Virus record (IMG/VR): IMGVR_UViG_3300023371_000005
Length of the DNA: 64,000 nucleotides
Reading direction: 5' to 3' (one strand)
DNA from: a virus
Taxonomy: Duplodnaviria > Heunggongvirae > Uroviricota > Caudoviricetes
Both the position numbers and the translations under genes were made by a program. Shown here piece after piece: positions 27,459 to 36,502 of the stretch (positions are counted from its first letter, which is position 1; every line of letters starts with the position of its first letter). A model generated the notes under the pieces. The model saw nothing but the letters and a program-made list of their open reading frames with translations. It searched no databases and was not told where the DNA came from.

Positions 27459-29248
27459 TACTTACCCCACAGTCTTTCGCGGATTTCAGCCAGACTCTGT
27501 CTATTGGTCAATTTACCATTATAGAACACAGTCTGAAGCAGATTCTTTTCGCCCAGAGTATCTTCAAATGCGTGCTCGTCGGTATAGGACTCACCATCCA
27601 GAGCAACAACACAGCAACCCTTCTGGCTCTTTTTCCAAGCCAGAGCTTTAGGCTTCTTGAAGATATTGATACCATTACCAACGCAGTCTTCGGCATAAGT
27701 AGCCTTTACAGCAATGCCAAAAGTATCACGAGTATAAGGACCAGCATTGGTACCGTTCCACTTACCAGCGAACTGGAGAGTACCTTCATCGTCAGCACAA
27801 ACCAGAGCCATCATGAACATAGAACCAGCGCCCATAACGACATTATTGGCAGCGTAGCCCTGGGCGGCCAGACGCTTGTAAATTTCATTGGCATAGTCAG
27901 GCAGAATGCTGTCGCCGTAGATTGCCTTTAGATGGGGGTCCAGAACCTTATAGCCCTTTTCATTCACAGTATGACCGACAATCTGGTCCAATGCCCAAAC
28001 GGTGCCGAGCAGTTCCAGAGAAGGCTGAATTTCTTCCCACTCAAAAGCATAGTCTTCAACGTAGTAATACTTACGATCAGTCCATGCGCCACGCTCATTA
28101 GTCCAGTCAGGATAGACATTCAGAGCGTAGAACTTGTCATTGAAATGGAAATACAGGACAGTTTCTTCCTCAACACCGCAGTCACGGCAGAAATCATACA
28201 TCCAGTCCTTAGTGAATTCCTTGTCGGAAAACAGCTTTTCAGCTTCTTCGTCATCATAAGGAGTCAGCCAGTCAATGGGCTTACCAGCCAGGATTTCGAC
28301 AGGATTACCGGAATCGCCACGCACCAGAAGAGTACCATCATGAGCCATAATTTCTCTTTTGCACTGAGGAAGCAGGTTCATAACCAGATTTTCGTAGTCA
28401 TAAGAGTCGGAAACCATGGAGAAACTGTGGTGTAGATAAATTTCACTCAGCAGGCGCTTGATGTGAGTAATTTCATCACCATCAACGGCGAAGTTAGAAC
28501 ACATGACAGAGTGTTCGGTGGAGATAGCACCGAAGCCGACAGGCTCATTTTCGATGTTGCAATCATAATGCTTTTCCATCCACATGATTGCGGGAACAGT
28601 TGCAGTATTATGGTGGCTCAACAGCCATGCGCCAGAAGCCTTGATAGCAGATTCAGCGGAGTGCTGACCACGCATAGAGAAATCACCGATCATCTTCCAA
28701 GGACTTACAGAAGAGTCGCAGGTTTTTTCAACCCAAGTATTAACGACCTTGCGGTAACGATAACCGACTTCAGCCGCAATCTGCGTATGCCACATGGAGC
28801 AGGACAGCAGAGTTTCGATGGTATTTACCAGCCAGACGAAATTGGGATGAGTATTGGAAATCTCAATCTGAGGTACACCAACTTTAGTGCGAGACCCCTC
28901 GGGGACAGCACGAATTTCCAGGGGTAGATAACCCAACTCCCACAGGTCACGAATCTTACGATCCTCATAAGAACCGGGTCCCATGGTATAGGTCAAAACA
29001 CGGTTATACTCATACAGAACTTCATCCAGATCACGGTCAAAGAACCAAGTTCTGAAACCATTGATCAGATATTCGTCAATGAAAGCCTGCAGACCAAAGA
29101 AAGTGATATGGTCTACATCATCCAGGCGACTTATTCTGGGAGTGTAATAGGAAACCATCTTGGTCAGACCCTTGGGATACTGCTCATGGTGAGTAGCTTT
29201 ATAGAAGTCAATCAGCAGAAGAGGATTGTAATTATCCATAGTTATCAA
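27458..29248 (-). CDS. nadV: NAMPT-family phosphoribosyltransferase (NadV-like or Namat-like) with about 100-aa insertion
   Basis: N-terminus NPLLLIDFYKATHHEQYP and C-terminal PRTase regions match the NAMPT family. Confidence 0.8.
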   Translation of the reverse strand: MITMDNYNPLLLIDFYKATHHEQYPKGLTKMVSYYTPRISRLDDVDHITFFGLQAFIDEYLINGFRTWFFDRDLDEVLYEYNRVLTYTMGPGSYEDRKIRDLWELGYLPLEIRAVPEGSRTKVGVPQIEISNTHPNFVWLVNTIETLLSCSMWHTQIAAEVGYRYRKVVNTWVEKTCDSSVSPWKMIGDFSMRGQHSAESAIKASGAWLLSHHNTATVPAIMWMEKHYDCNIENEPVGFGAISTEHSVMCSNFAVDGDEITHIKRLLSEIYLHHSFSMVSDSYDYENLVMNLLPQCKREIMAHDGTLLVRGDSGNPVEILAGKPIDWLTPYDDEEAEKLFSDKEFTKDWMYDFCRDCGVEEETVLYFHFNDKFYALNVYPDWTNERGAWTDRKYYYVEDYAFEWEEIQPSLELLGTVWALDQIVGHTVNEKGYKVLDPHLKAIYGDSILPDYANEIYKRLAAQGYAANNVVMGAGSMFMMALVCADDEGTLQFAGKWNGTNAGPYTRDTFGIAVKATYAEDCVGNGINIFKKPKALAWKKSQKGCCVVALDGESYTDEHAFEDTLGEKNLLQTVFYNGKLTNRQSLAEIRERLWGK

Positions 29249-29451
29249 ATTCCTTTCTCAAATCCGCAAACGGAAATTTCAATGTCATTGGGAAATACAT
29301 CAGCCTGATGTGCTACATAATCGGTAACCGCTTCCATATAATTTTCAACTGCGGTTTCAAATTCCTCTTTACCGCAGTCATCTTCGAGACCGACTAATTC
29401 AGGCTCTATTGTGAAGAGGTATGTGACGGACACATAAGCAACTTTTTCCAT
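29245..29451 (-). CDS. hypothetical small protein
   Basis: ORF. Confidence 0.3.
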   Translation of the reverse strand: MEKVAYVSVTYLFTIEPELVGLEDDCGKEEFETAVENYMEAVTDYVAHQADVFPNDIEISVCGFEKGI

Positions 29452-29717
29452 TACTTATACCCTCTCTTCTTTCTTAGCTTACGCAGACCTTTGCTTTCCC
29501 ACTTATTCGGGACGTGTTCTCTGGTCGCCAGCTCAGCCTTGAGCTGGGCACGGTAGCAGTTCAACTGATCCCAATCTTCGTTCCCCCAACAATGCTGACA
29601 ACCCCAGGTGTAGGTGCTTCTCAGTTCAGCCAGTAGCTGACGAGTATGCATTTTAGTCATTTCTTCGGGAGTGTGGATATTGATATCTTTGAAACCTGTA
29701 TAACAGTAAAAACTCAT
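29451..29717 (-). CDS. hypothetical protein
   Basis: ORF. Confidence 0.3.
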   Translation of the reverse strand: MSFYCYTGFKDINIHTPEEMTKMHTRQLLAELRSTYTWGCQHCWGNEDWDQLNCYRAQLKAELATREHVPNKWESKGLRKLRKKRGYK

Positions 29718-29749
29718 TTTTTTTTCACTTCCTTACTTTTTGTATATAT

Positions 29750-29778
29750 ATTATATCATATTTTTTATAAAAAATCAA
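29750..29778 (-). promoter_or_regulatory. promoter TTGATT-17-TATAAT (minus)
   Basis: Motif. Confidence 0.6.
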
Positions 29779-29781
29779 AAA

Positions 29782-29805
29782 AGTCCCTCTGAACGCAGAG
29801 GGACT
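29782..29805 (-). terminator. hairpin terminator
   Basis: Stem agtccctctg-aacg-cagagggact. Confidence 0.6.
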
Positions 29806-29812
29806 CTCAATA

Positions 29813-30097
29813 TTACTTGATAAATGTTTCGCAGAACGTCTCATATAAGGATTTTGCGAAAATCCAACAAACTTTGAATACGAACCAAATCATCCAGCCT
29901 ATCCAGCCAATGACTACAATTCCGGCGATAACTACGCCGACAGAAGCAGGAATGACAAGGAATAGAGCTTCGAGAAAAGAGGCTACAAGCCAGATTGCTG
30001 CTCCGACTAGGGCAAAGCCAAAAATGGTACAAACCATTGCCAGACAGGCAAGTAAAAATTTAATCATTGGGAATTTCAATCCTTTCAAAGACCTCAC
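29813..30097 (-). CDS. small multi-pass membrane protein
   Basis: Hydrophobic ORF. Confidence 0.4.
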   Translation of the reverse strand: MRSLKGLKFPMIKFLLACLAMVCTIFGFALVGAAIWLVASFLEALFLVIPASVGVVIAGIVVIGWIGWMIWFVFKVCWIFAKSLYETFCETFIK

Positions 30098-30851
30098 AAA
30101 TATCTTCGGTAAAACGCAATTTTACGGGGAAATAACCTTTGCGCTCGACCTCATCACGATTGATTATTACGATATTATCAGAGTGGAACCAATCAGGTAA
30201 GAAATTTGCGGGAGCGACTGCCAAAGAAGTGCCAACGATAATCATAAGGTCAGCTGCAGATACATGAGCCATTGCCATTTGCCACTGAAGACCCGGTAAA
30301 CTTTCGCCATATAGGGTGATATCGGGGCGGATAGTGAACTCGCCGCCGCATAGAGGGCACCTCGGCACACCATTTTTATCATCATAGTTGCCATCCATTA
30401 CATCTTCTGGAATGAATGTCTCACATAAGCAGCCAGGGCAGTACCAGTCAGCCATGGTGCCATGAATTGTGTCAACTACTTTTGAACCGGCTTTTTCATG
30501 GAGTCCGTCAATATTCTGAGTAACCACAGACACAGTTCTTGCTTGCTGCAGCTCAGAGATTTTTTTATGAGCGATGTTCGGTTCAGCATTGCGAAAATCC
30601 ATATTATTTCGTAAATACTGGAAGAACCGCTCAGGTTCCATTTTGAGGCAGGTGTGGCTCAACATATATTCTGGCTCATCTTCTTCACTGGTATTGTATA
30701 AGCCATTATTGCTGCGGAAGTCCGGAATGCCGGAGCCGGTAGAGATACCAGCTCCGGTCAAAAATACGATACGCTTGGCTCCCGCAATCATTTCATTCAA
30801 TTGTTTTATGCGTTCGTCAAAGCTTTCCATTTTAGTTATCTCCTGTTCCAT
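30060..30851 (-). CDS. cobB: Sir2-family NAD-dependent deacylase/ADP-ribosyltransferase (sirtuin)
   Basis: GAGISTGSGIPDFR, Zn module CPGC...CPLCGG, GTSLAV. Confidence 0.85.
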   Translation of the reverse strand: MEQEITKMESFDERIKQLNEMIAGAKRIVFLTGAGISTGSGIPDFRSNNGLYNTSEEDEPEYMLSHTCLKMEPERFFQYLRNNMDFRNAEPNIAHKKISELQQARTVSVVTQNIDGLHEKAGSKVVDTIHGTMADWYCPGCLCETFIPEDVMDGNYDDKNGVPRCPLCGGEFTIRPDITLYGESLPGLQWQMAMAHVSAADLMIIVGTSLAVAPANFLPDWFHSDNIVIINRDEVERKGYFPVKLRFTEDICEVFERIEIPND

Positions 30852-31341
30852 TCAGCTGGGCTTCCAGAACGACGTCGCCCTGAGCCATAGCCTTATCCAC
30901 AGCCATCTTAGCAGACTTCATATCACAACCCTGCTTTTTCAAGAAAGGCATTACATTCTTTACGATAACGCCCTTATTGCCAGAAGTGATAGAAACAGCA
31001 TTGCAGATACCCCAGTAATTGACCATCTTGACGATTTCATCAACATCGTCAATGACCTTGGGAGCATATTCCTCCACAATAGCCAACTTTTCGCGGTATT
31101 CAGCCTTGCGGGCCGCATACTTCTCACCGTCGGGGCAGGTATCGATCATTTCTTTTACAGTCTTGACATACTTTGTCAATACTTCATCAACCAGTGTATC
31201 AGTGATTGCAACACGGGTTTTGTCGGCAGTAGCAGCCTTGTCAATGGAAGCTACCATATCGGCGATAGTTAGACGACGAAGTTTATTACCCTCTTTTAAA
31301 GCTGTCGTCATATCAGCTTTGAGGGTTTCATACTTATCCAT
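30832..31341 (-). CDS. GatB/YqeY-domain protein
   Basis: MDKYETLKADMTTALKEGNKLRRLTIADMVASI resembles the YqeY domain N-terminus; SD before ATG 31341. Confidence 0.55.
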   Translation of the reverse strand: MDKYETLKADMTTALKEGNKLRRLTIADMVASIDKAATADKTRVAITDTLVDEVLTKYVKTVKEMIDTCPDGEKYAARKAEYREKLAIVEEYAPKVIDDVDEIVKMVNYWGICNAVSITSGNKGVIVKNVMPFLKKQGCDMKSAKMAVDKAMAQGDVVLEAQLNGTGDN

Positions 31342-31358
31342 TGGAGTATGCTCCTTTC

Positions 31359-32189
31359 TTAGTGAAATATAGTAATCCAACCGCCCCAGCCAGCACCGTC
31401 ATAGGGACCATCAATCAGCATCTGGGGGAAAATGGATTCAGTGGTATAGATATGCTTGATCAGACCGGACTCGGGCAGATCGCCAAGAGTAACAGTTTCT
31501 TCCAGGTGGGTCACATACAGACTTACGCTCTTGGCACCTGCTTCCAGCAAAGCCTTTGCGGAGTGGTAGAAAGTGCCACCTCTGGAGCAAATATCATCAA
31601 CAATCAGAACATCTTTGTCTTTGATGTTCTCGGCATTGATAATATCTAGACCTAAAATCTTGCCAGTAGCCCAGTCTCGCTTTTTCATACCAAAAGCATA
31701 AGGTAGAGGGGACTTATCAGAGTAGCGCTTCATTGCGCCCTCATCGGGGAAGAACAGAACTTCAGCCTTGGAAGCCAGAGTAGCCTTATGAATATAAGGC
31801 TCAACACCAGTATCCTCTACTCGATCAAGCAGAGCCAGGCTCACGTTGCTATGGGCGTCCCGCACCCAAACAATCTTGAAGTTCAGAGAGTTAATAATCT
31901 CGCAGAAATACTTCAGAGTAAAGACGTCAGAATCAGACTTTACTCGATCCATGCGAGCGTGGGGAATGTAGGGCATATCCAGAACAACATCGGTGTTGCC
32001 AAAGTGGCGGTCGATATGACGCTTCACGCAGATTAGAGTGAAGAGTTCGCTATCGTCTTCATAAAGCCATTCCACCTTGATGGCGCCTCTGTTATCAAAC
32101 ATCTCTTCTGGATTGAGCTTGATAAGCAAAGAGTGATCGGGGAACATGGACTGACCGCTACGAATAGAAATATTACCTACTCTAATCAT
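31359..32189 (-). CDS. PRPP-synthetase-family pyrophosphokinase (Prs/Adps-like)
   Basis: PRTase type-I motif VLIVDDICSRGGT and N-domain segment PYIPHARMDR. Confidence 0.7.
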   Translation of the reverse strand: MIRVGNISIRSGQSMFPDHSLLIKLNPEEMFDNRGAIKVEWLYEDDSELFTLICVKRHIDRHFGNTDVVLDMPYIPHARMDRVKSDSDVFTLKYFCEIINSLNFKIVWVRDAHSNVSLALLDRVEDTGVEPYIHKATLASKAEVLFFPDEGAMKRYSDKSPLPYAFGMKKRDWATGKILGLDIINAENIKDKDVLIVDDICSRGGTFYHSAKALLEAGAKSVSLYVTHLEETVTLGDLPESGLIKHIYTTESIFPQMLIDGPYDGAGWGGWITIFH

Positions 32190-32201
32190 TGGCTATCCTC
32201 C

Positions 32202-32810
32202 TTAGATAATGTTGATCTGGCACAGCTTCATTGCTTCCAGGGCGGTCTTGTGGGACTCAGGAGTCACGCAAGCGCAGCAGTCAGCAACGACATTGACAGG
32301 AACTTCGGGCAGAGTTGCCTTACACAGAATTGCATTGGACAGGACGCAGATGCCAGTGCATACGCCCATCAGAGTGATTTCCTCGATTTCAAAGCGGTCA
32401 TTCATATCATACAGAATATTCTGCAGTTCAACAGAGCCAAAAGTAGGCTTCTTGACGCGGATGGGGTTCTCGTCATAAACGGGATATGCATCATAACCGG
32501 ACATATAGCGATTTTCGCCCTGGGCATGATGAATCCAGGCTTCAAAGACTTCATCGACGATGCCATAGCCAGCGGTGCCTTCGATGCAATGAGGAACGGG
32601 CAGGTTCTTACCTTCCAGAGTATTCATATAGTCATCGGTATGAGTATCCTTGGTGAAGATGATAGCGGTATTGGGATCAGCAAGTTGATGAATGGTTTCC
32701 GCAACCAGAGGAACGATAGCCTGGGCTTCGGGAGTACCCAGTGCGCCATCGATAAAGTCCCTCTGCATATCAACGACAATGACTACCTTAATCTTTTCCA
32801 TATTTTTCAA
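32202..32810 (-). CDS. pncA: isochorismatase-family hydrolase, probable nicotinamidase
   Basis: VVIVVDMQRDF and catalytic Cys segment LMGVCTGICV. Confidence 0.65.
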   Translation of the reverse strand: MKNMEKIKVVIVVDMQRDFIDGALGTPEAQAIVPLVAETIHQLADPNTAIIFTKDTHTDDYMNTLEGKNLPVPHCIEGTAGYGIVDEVFEAWIHHAQGENRYMSGYDAYPVYDENPIRVKKPTFGSVELQNILYDMNDRFEIEEITLMGVCTGICVLSNAILCKATLPEVPVNVVADCCACVTPESHKTALEAMKLCQINII

Positions 32811-32835
32811 TTCCTTCCTTATTCTTTATACATAT

Positions 32836-32864
32836 ATTATAACATATTTTTTTTGAAAAATCAA
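32836..32864 (-). promoter_or_regulatory. promoter TTGATT-17-TATAAT (minus)
   Basis: Motif. Confidence 0.6.
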
Positions 32865-32867
32865 AAA

Positions 32868-32892
32868 AGGCTCTCTTGTTCAGAGAGCCTTT
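32868..32892 (-). terminator. hairpin terminator
   Basis: Stem ggctctctt-gttc-agagagcc. Confidence 0.6.
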
Positions 32893-32896
32893 TCTT

Positions 32897-33529
32897 TTAG
32901 TTCATGCGCCAGTAGTTAGTGTTGCGGTTTTCCTCAAATGTGTCGCGCAGTAAAATCTCCTTGGAAGACCAAGTCAGATATACGAAGTCTGCGGTCATGG
33001 GGCGAGGAACGCCATTATGCCAGCTCTTTAGTTCGGTCAAAGCGATGTCATACAGCTTAGCCAGCACGGGGTTATCATCGGAATAACCCATCCACTGCTT
33101 AGCCTGCTGACATACAGCCTGGATTTCTCCGGGATAAGCTCTGTTGTCAACACGGTTCAGAATACACCAGACGATTGCGCGCAGGTCAGAATCCTTGTGG
33201 TCAGGCTTGTACATACCATACATAACCCGTGCGATCCACTCGGCTTCCAGTTCAATCTGTTCTACATCGCCACCATATTCGTAATATTTCTCAATCGCAG
33301 CGATTTCAGATTCATATTCATCTCGCAGCTCAATTCGCAGAGCAATCATGCCCTCCTGGTGGAGTTCATTCAGTTCTTTGATTTGATTTTTATACTTGAC
33401 TCGCTGGGAAATTGAAGTAATCATGATGGTGATTACGAGAATCAAGACATAAACTGTGATTCTCTGAATCTGGGCGATTTGACGACGACGGCGCTTAGTA
33501 GAATTACTCTTCTTAGTGTACTTACCCAT
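32897..33529 (-). CDS. membrane-anchored SleB-like cell-wall hydrolase (Hydrolase_2)
   Basis: N-terminal basic segment plus transmembrane helix; C-terminal motif WIARVMYGM...AIVWCILNRV resembles spore cortex-lytic/cell-wall hydrolase family. Confidence 0.5.
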   Translation of the reverse strand: MGKYTKKSNSTKRRRRQIAQIQRITVYVLILVITIMITSISQRVKYKNQIKELNELHQEGMIALRIELRDEYESEIAAIEKYYEYGGDVEQIELEAEWIARVMYGMYKPDHKDSDLRAIVWCILNRVDNRAYPGEIQAVCQQAKQWMGYSDDNPVLAKLYDIALTELKSWHNGVPRPMTADFVYLTWSSKEILLRDTFEENRNTNYWRMN

Positions 33530-33569
33530 AGTATCCTCTCCATTCATATCTCTTATTCTTTACATATAT

Positions 33570-33598
33570 ATTATAACATATTTTTTGTAAAAAATCAA
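33570..33598 (-). promoter_or_regulatory. promoter TTGATT-17-TATAAT (minus)
   Basis: Motif. Confidence 0.6.
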
Positions 33599-33600
33599 AA

Positions 33601-33621
33601 AGGACACTTTTTAGGTGTCCT
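33601..33621 (-). terminator. hairpin terminator
   Basis: Stem aggacact-tttt-aggtgtcct. Confidence 0.55.
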
Positions 33622-33814
33622 TTGGGAATAATAAACGGGTTCCGCAACGGAAACAATAACGCTTCTCATCGTCCCATATGACAGAGCCACCGGGCAGACA
33701 GTCAGGTTCAAGCATTCCGCAATTAGAACATATTCGATTACCTTCTGGAGTCCATTTCCACACTCCCACTTTAGCGGGAGGTGGAGGAGGAGGTGGAGCT
33801 TTAAGAATGTTCAT
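33611..33814 (-). CDS. small zinc-ribbon protein with poly-Pro segment
   Basis: PPPPPPP and CSNCG...CFRCG. Confidence 0.4.
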   Translation of the reverse strand: MNILKAPPPPPPPAKVGVWKWTPEGNRICSNCGMLEPDCLPGGSVIWDDEKRYCFRCGTRLLFPKDT

Positions 33815-34457
33815 TCTTATCTTCCCTCTTATAGATATACGCCCATCGGGTGTATTCATCATAACACTGAACTTTGATAGCCTCATTGAGAGTGCTAATA
33901 TTCGTGCGGAGAATAAATAAAATGTCCGCCAAGTCAGCATATCTCTCCTTTGCCCGTTTCAATACGGGGAGCAACAGAACCTCTGTTTCTGCGACATTTT
34001 TACCCATGGCATCTTTGGTAAAGGATATGGGCATATCGCCTAGGTTGTTGTATCTGTCAAGAGCCTTACAAATCAAAGCTTCCCGGCAGTCAAGGAGTTC
34101 ATTGAAATAACGGCATTTTGTTTCAATTTTATCTAAGTCAGTATCGAACTTAGTGATAGTCATATACTGAACCGCACGCTTAACAGTATCGTTTACCGGC
34201 AGATACTCGGGCCGCACACCGCAATCTTCTACGGTATCATGAAGTAGGATGGTAGCAATGATATTATCATCGCGCAAGCCAAGAGCCACGGCATAGCAGG
34301 CCATTGACAGGGGATGAACAATATAAGGCGTTCCATCTTTGCGAGTCTGCCCACTGTGATGTTCACGGGCGAACTGCAAAGCGGTGATGGACTGCTTCAT
34401 ATTTGCGCCGATTAGATAACCTCTGAGATAGGTATACATTTTTTCAACGTTAGCCAT
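33801..34457 (-). CDS. HD-domain hydrolase of the RelA/SpoT-type (small alarmone hydrolase-like)
   Basis: HHSGQTRKDGTPYIVHPLSMA...ILLHDTVEDCG parallels SpoT/Mesh1 HD motifs. Confidence 0.65.
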   Translation of the reverse strand: MANVEKMYTYLRGYLIGANMKQSITALQFAREHHSGQTRKDGTPYIVHPLSMACYAVALGLRDDNIIATILLHDTVEDCGVRPEYLPVNDTVKRAVQYMTITKFDTDLDKIETKCRYFNELLDCREALICKALDRYNNLGDMPISFTKDAMGKNVAETEVLLLPVLKRAKERYADLADILFILRTNISTLNEAIKVQCYDEYTRWAYIYKREDKNEHS

Positions 34458-34750
34458 TGTGCTACCTCCTTACTGAGCAACGATATGGGGTAAATCAATT
34501 AGAGCATTTTCGCCGTCTCCGACCTTTATCCACACAGCATCTAATTGGCGAATCCGAAATACATATATAGAGCCTTTTGGCACGATGAATTTCGGGTAGT
34601 TGTATAGATAGGTGGCATACTCCTCCATCAGGTCGAAAACCATATACTCGGGGGATTGTAGTAGATTCATTTTTCTTCACTCTTCCTCTTGGTACTGTGC
34701 CTGTGGGGAGGGGATGGGCGGCCGCCCAGGCAGCGACCGCCAGTGCTGGA

Positions 34751-36214
34751 TTACTCGCCTGCTTCATCTAAGCCATCAGCCTCTTCCATATCAGGTGCTT
34801 CGGCAGTGTCTTTGATAATGCCTTCCAAAACCTTGAAATTGAAGTTCTTATGCTTATAAGCAGTAAAAGTAGGACGATTGATTACACGAACTACGACACC
34901 CTCACGGATATGAGTGGGGTCGATAGGCTCGGGACCATCGAAGAACTGTTCAGCCTTTTCCAGTACGAACTGGCCTGCGTCAGTCAGCTCGCAAGAAGTT
35001 CCGGTGAAAACTTCCTCGTCGGGGATAAAACCGGCCCAGTGGACAGGCACAGTCTTGACGCCCATGTACATACAACGGTAACGCATAAAGTCGGGAGTGT
35101 ACTCCACAACCTGGCCATCTTCGTTGGTCATGGTCATACGGTATACGTAGATATCGCTCTGAGGCTTGGACACGCTGAATGCGGTATCGGGGTTAGAAGG
35201 ATCGGCAACTCCAGCAACCGCAACTCCCTTTGGATCGCAGCCGTAAGAGAAGGTAGTGACCTTACCATACTGCTTTACGAAAGCCTTATCCTTCAACTTC
35301 TCATTGGAGCAGGTGCTCATGATAGGAGTACCATCATGAGTAAAGCCAACGATTTCGTAGTAGATAGTTTCACCCTTCCACAGCTTACCCTTGAAGAAGT
35401 CATGGTACTGCTTACGGAACTCATTAGAGCCGTAGAAACCACCATCGAAGCTATCCAGGATAGTACGACGAGTGCCGGTTACGATGTCGTAATCAAACAC
35501 AGGAGTGCAGTGCTTTTCCGCAAACTTCTGAGCCTTTGCCGCAGGCAGAATCTTACCCAAGAACTTGTGGAAAATGTTATTGGTAGTATAAGAATGTCCA
35601 TCAAAAGACTGGACAAATGCAGTACGGCCAGAAGTGCCATGTAGCTTACGGGTGATTTCGATGTAGTCACCGGGCTTGAATTCGCTCAGATGGTAAACCA
35701 ACTGCTCAGTATCCTTGTGTTCGAAGAAAGTAGGTGCCATATTCTTACGCTTTAGCTTCTGGCCAGCGTGACGCTTCACACCATTACCCTTATTCTTGCC
35801 ACGAGGGATATATTTCTGACAGATTTCATGACCGTTTAGCACGGTGATAGGAGTGCCAGGAGTCAGTTCATCCAGCTTAGCGCCGGTGTAAGCCAGACAC
35901 TCGATAGGCAGGAACAGACCATCGGACTGCTCACCGCGAAGCTTGATTGCGCGCACATTGCGCTTGGCGGGGTCTAGGTATCCGCCGGAGATATTCTTGC
36001 CGAACTCATCATAGACTGCCAGCAAGCCGTTCTTTTCACAGAACTCCATAGACAACTGACCGTCTACGGGGAAGTAAACACCCAGCTGTCCTTCAAAATA
36101 CTTATCCTTTGCAACACAGACGGTGTTCTCAAAGCAGGTTGCTAGAACCAGATTATCTGCGTTGCCGTGCTCACGCACATTCATTAGATTGGTGATGTAT
36201 CCACAGTAAGACAT
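34751..36214 (-). CDS. putative ATP-dependent RNA ligase (Rnl-like nucleotidyltransferase)
   Basis: Candidate lysine motif (RKLHGT) and C-terminal EGVVVR motif V; 487 aa; weak match. Confidence 0.45.
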   Translation of the reverse strand: MSYCGYITNLMNVREHGNADNLVLATCFENTVCVAKDKYFEGQLGVYFPVDGQLSMEFCEKNGLLAVYDEFGKNISGGYLDPAKRNVRAIKLRGEQSDGLFLPIECLAYTGAKLDELTPGTPITVLNGHEICQKYIPRGKNKGNGVKRHAGQKLKRKNMAPTFFEHKDTEQLVYHLSEFKPGDYIEITRKLHGTSGRTAFVQSFDGHSYTTNNIFHKFLGKILPAAKAQKFAEKHCTPVFDYDIVTGTRRTILDSFDGGFYGSNEFRKQYHDFFKGKLWKGETIYYEIVGFTHDGTPIMSTCSNEKLKDKAFVKQYGKVTTFSYGCDPKGVAVAGVADPSNPDTAFSVSKPQSDIYVYRMTMTNEDGQVVEYTPDFMRYRCMYMGVKTVPVHWAGFIPDEEVFTGTSCELTDAGQFVLEKAEQFFDGPEPIDPTHIREGVVVRVINRPTFTAYKHKNFNFKVLEGIIKDTAEAPDMEEADGLDEAGE

Positions 36215-36217
36215 ACA

Positions 36218-36502
36218 TTACTCTCCTTTCTTCTGTTCTCTGTATGTTTTTTCACGGAGGCAAATGATAGGCTGTTTGCCCTCTCTGCCCCAATGCTCTT
36301 CAATGCGGGAATAACCCTTACAGTAATACGGGGACATATCGGAAATGATCCCGCACTCGTCGGGTTCAAGATGGGGTCCCGCAAGTTCCACAACCTCAAT
36401 AGCGAGGTCTCGTTCTTTGTCGATATCATAGACGAACACCGGCACATGAGGCGGATGCTCCTGAAGCTTGGCGATTAGCTCGCCCACAGTTATGGTTTTC
36501 AT
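36218..36502 (-). CDS. hypothetical protein
   Basis: ORF. Confidence 0.3.
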   Translation of the reverse strand: MKTITVGELIAKLQEHPPHVPVFVYDIDKERDLAIEVVELAGPHLEPDECGIISDMSPYYCKGYSRIEEHWGREGKQPIICLREKTYREQKKGE

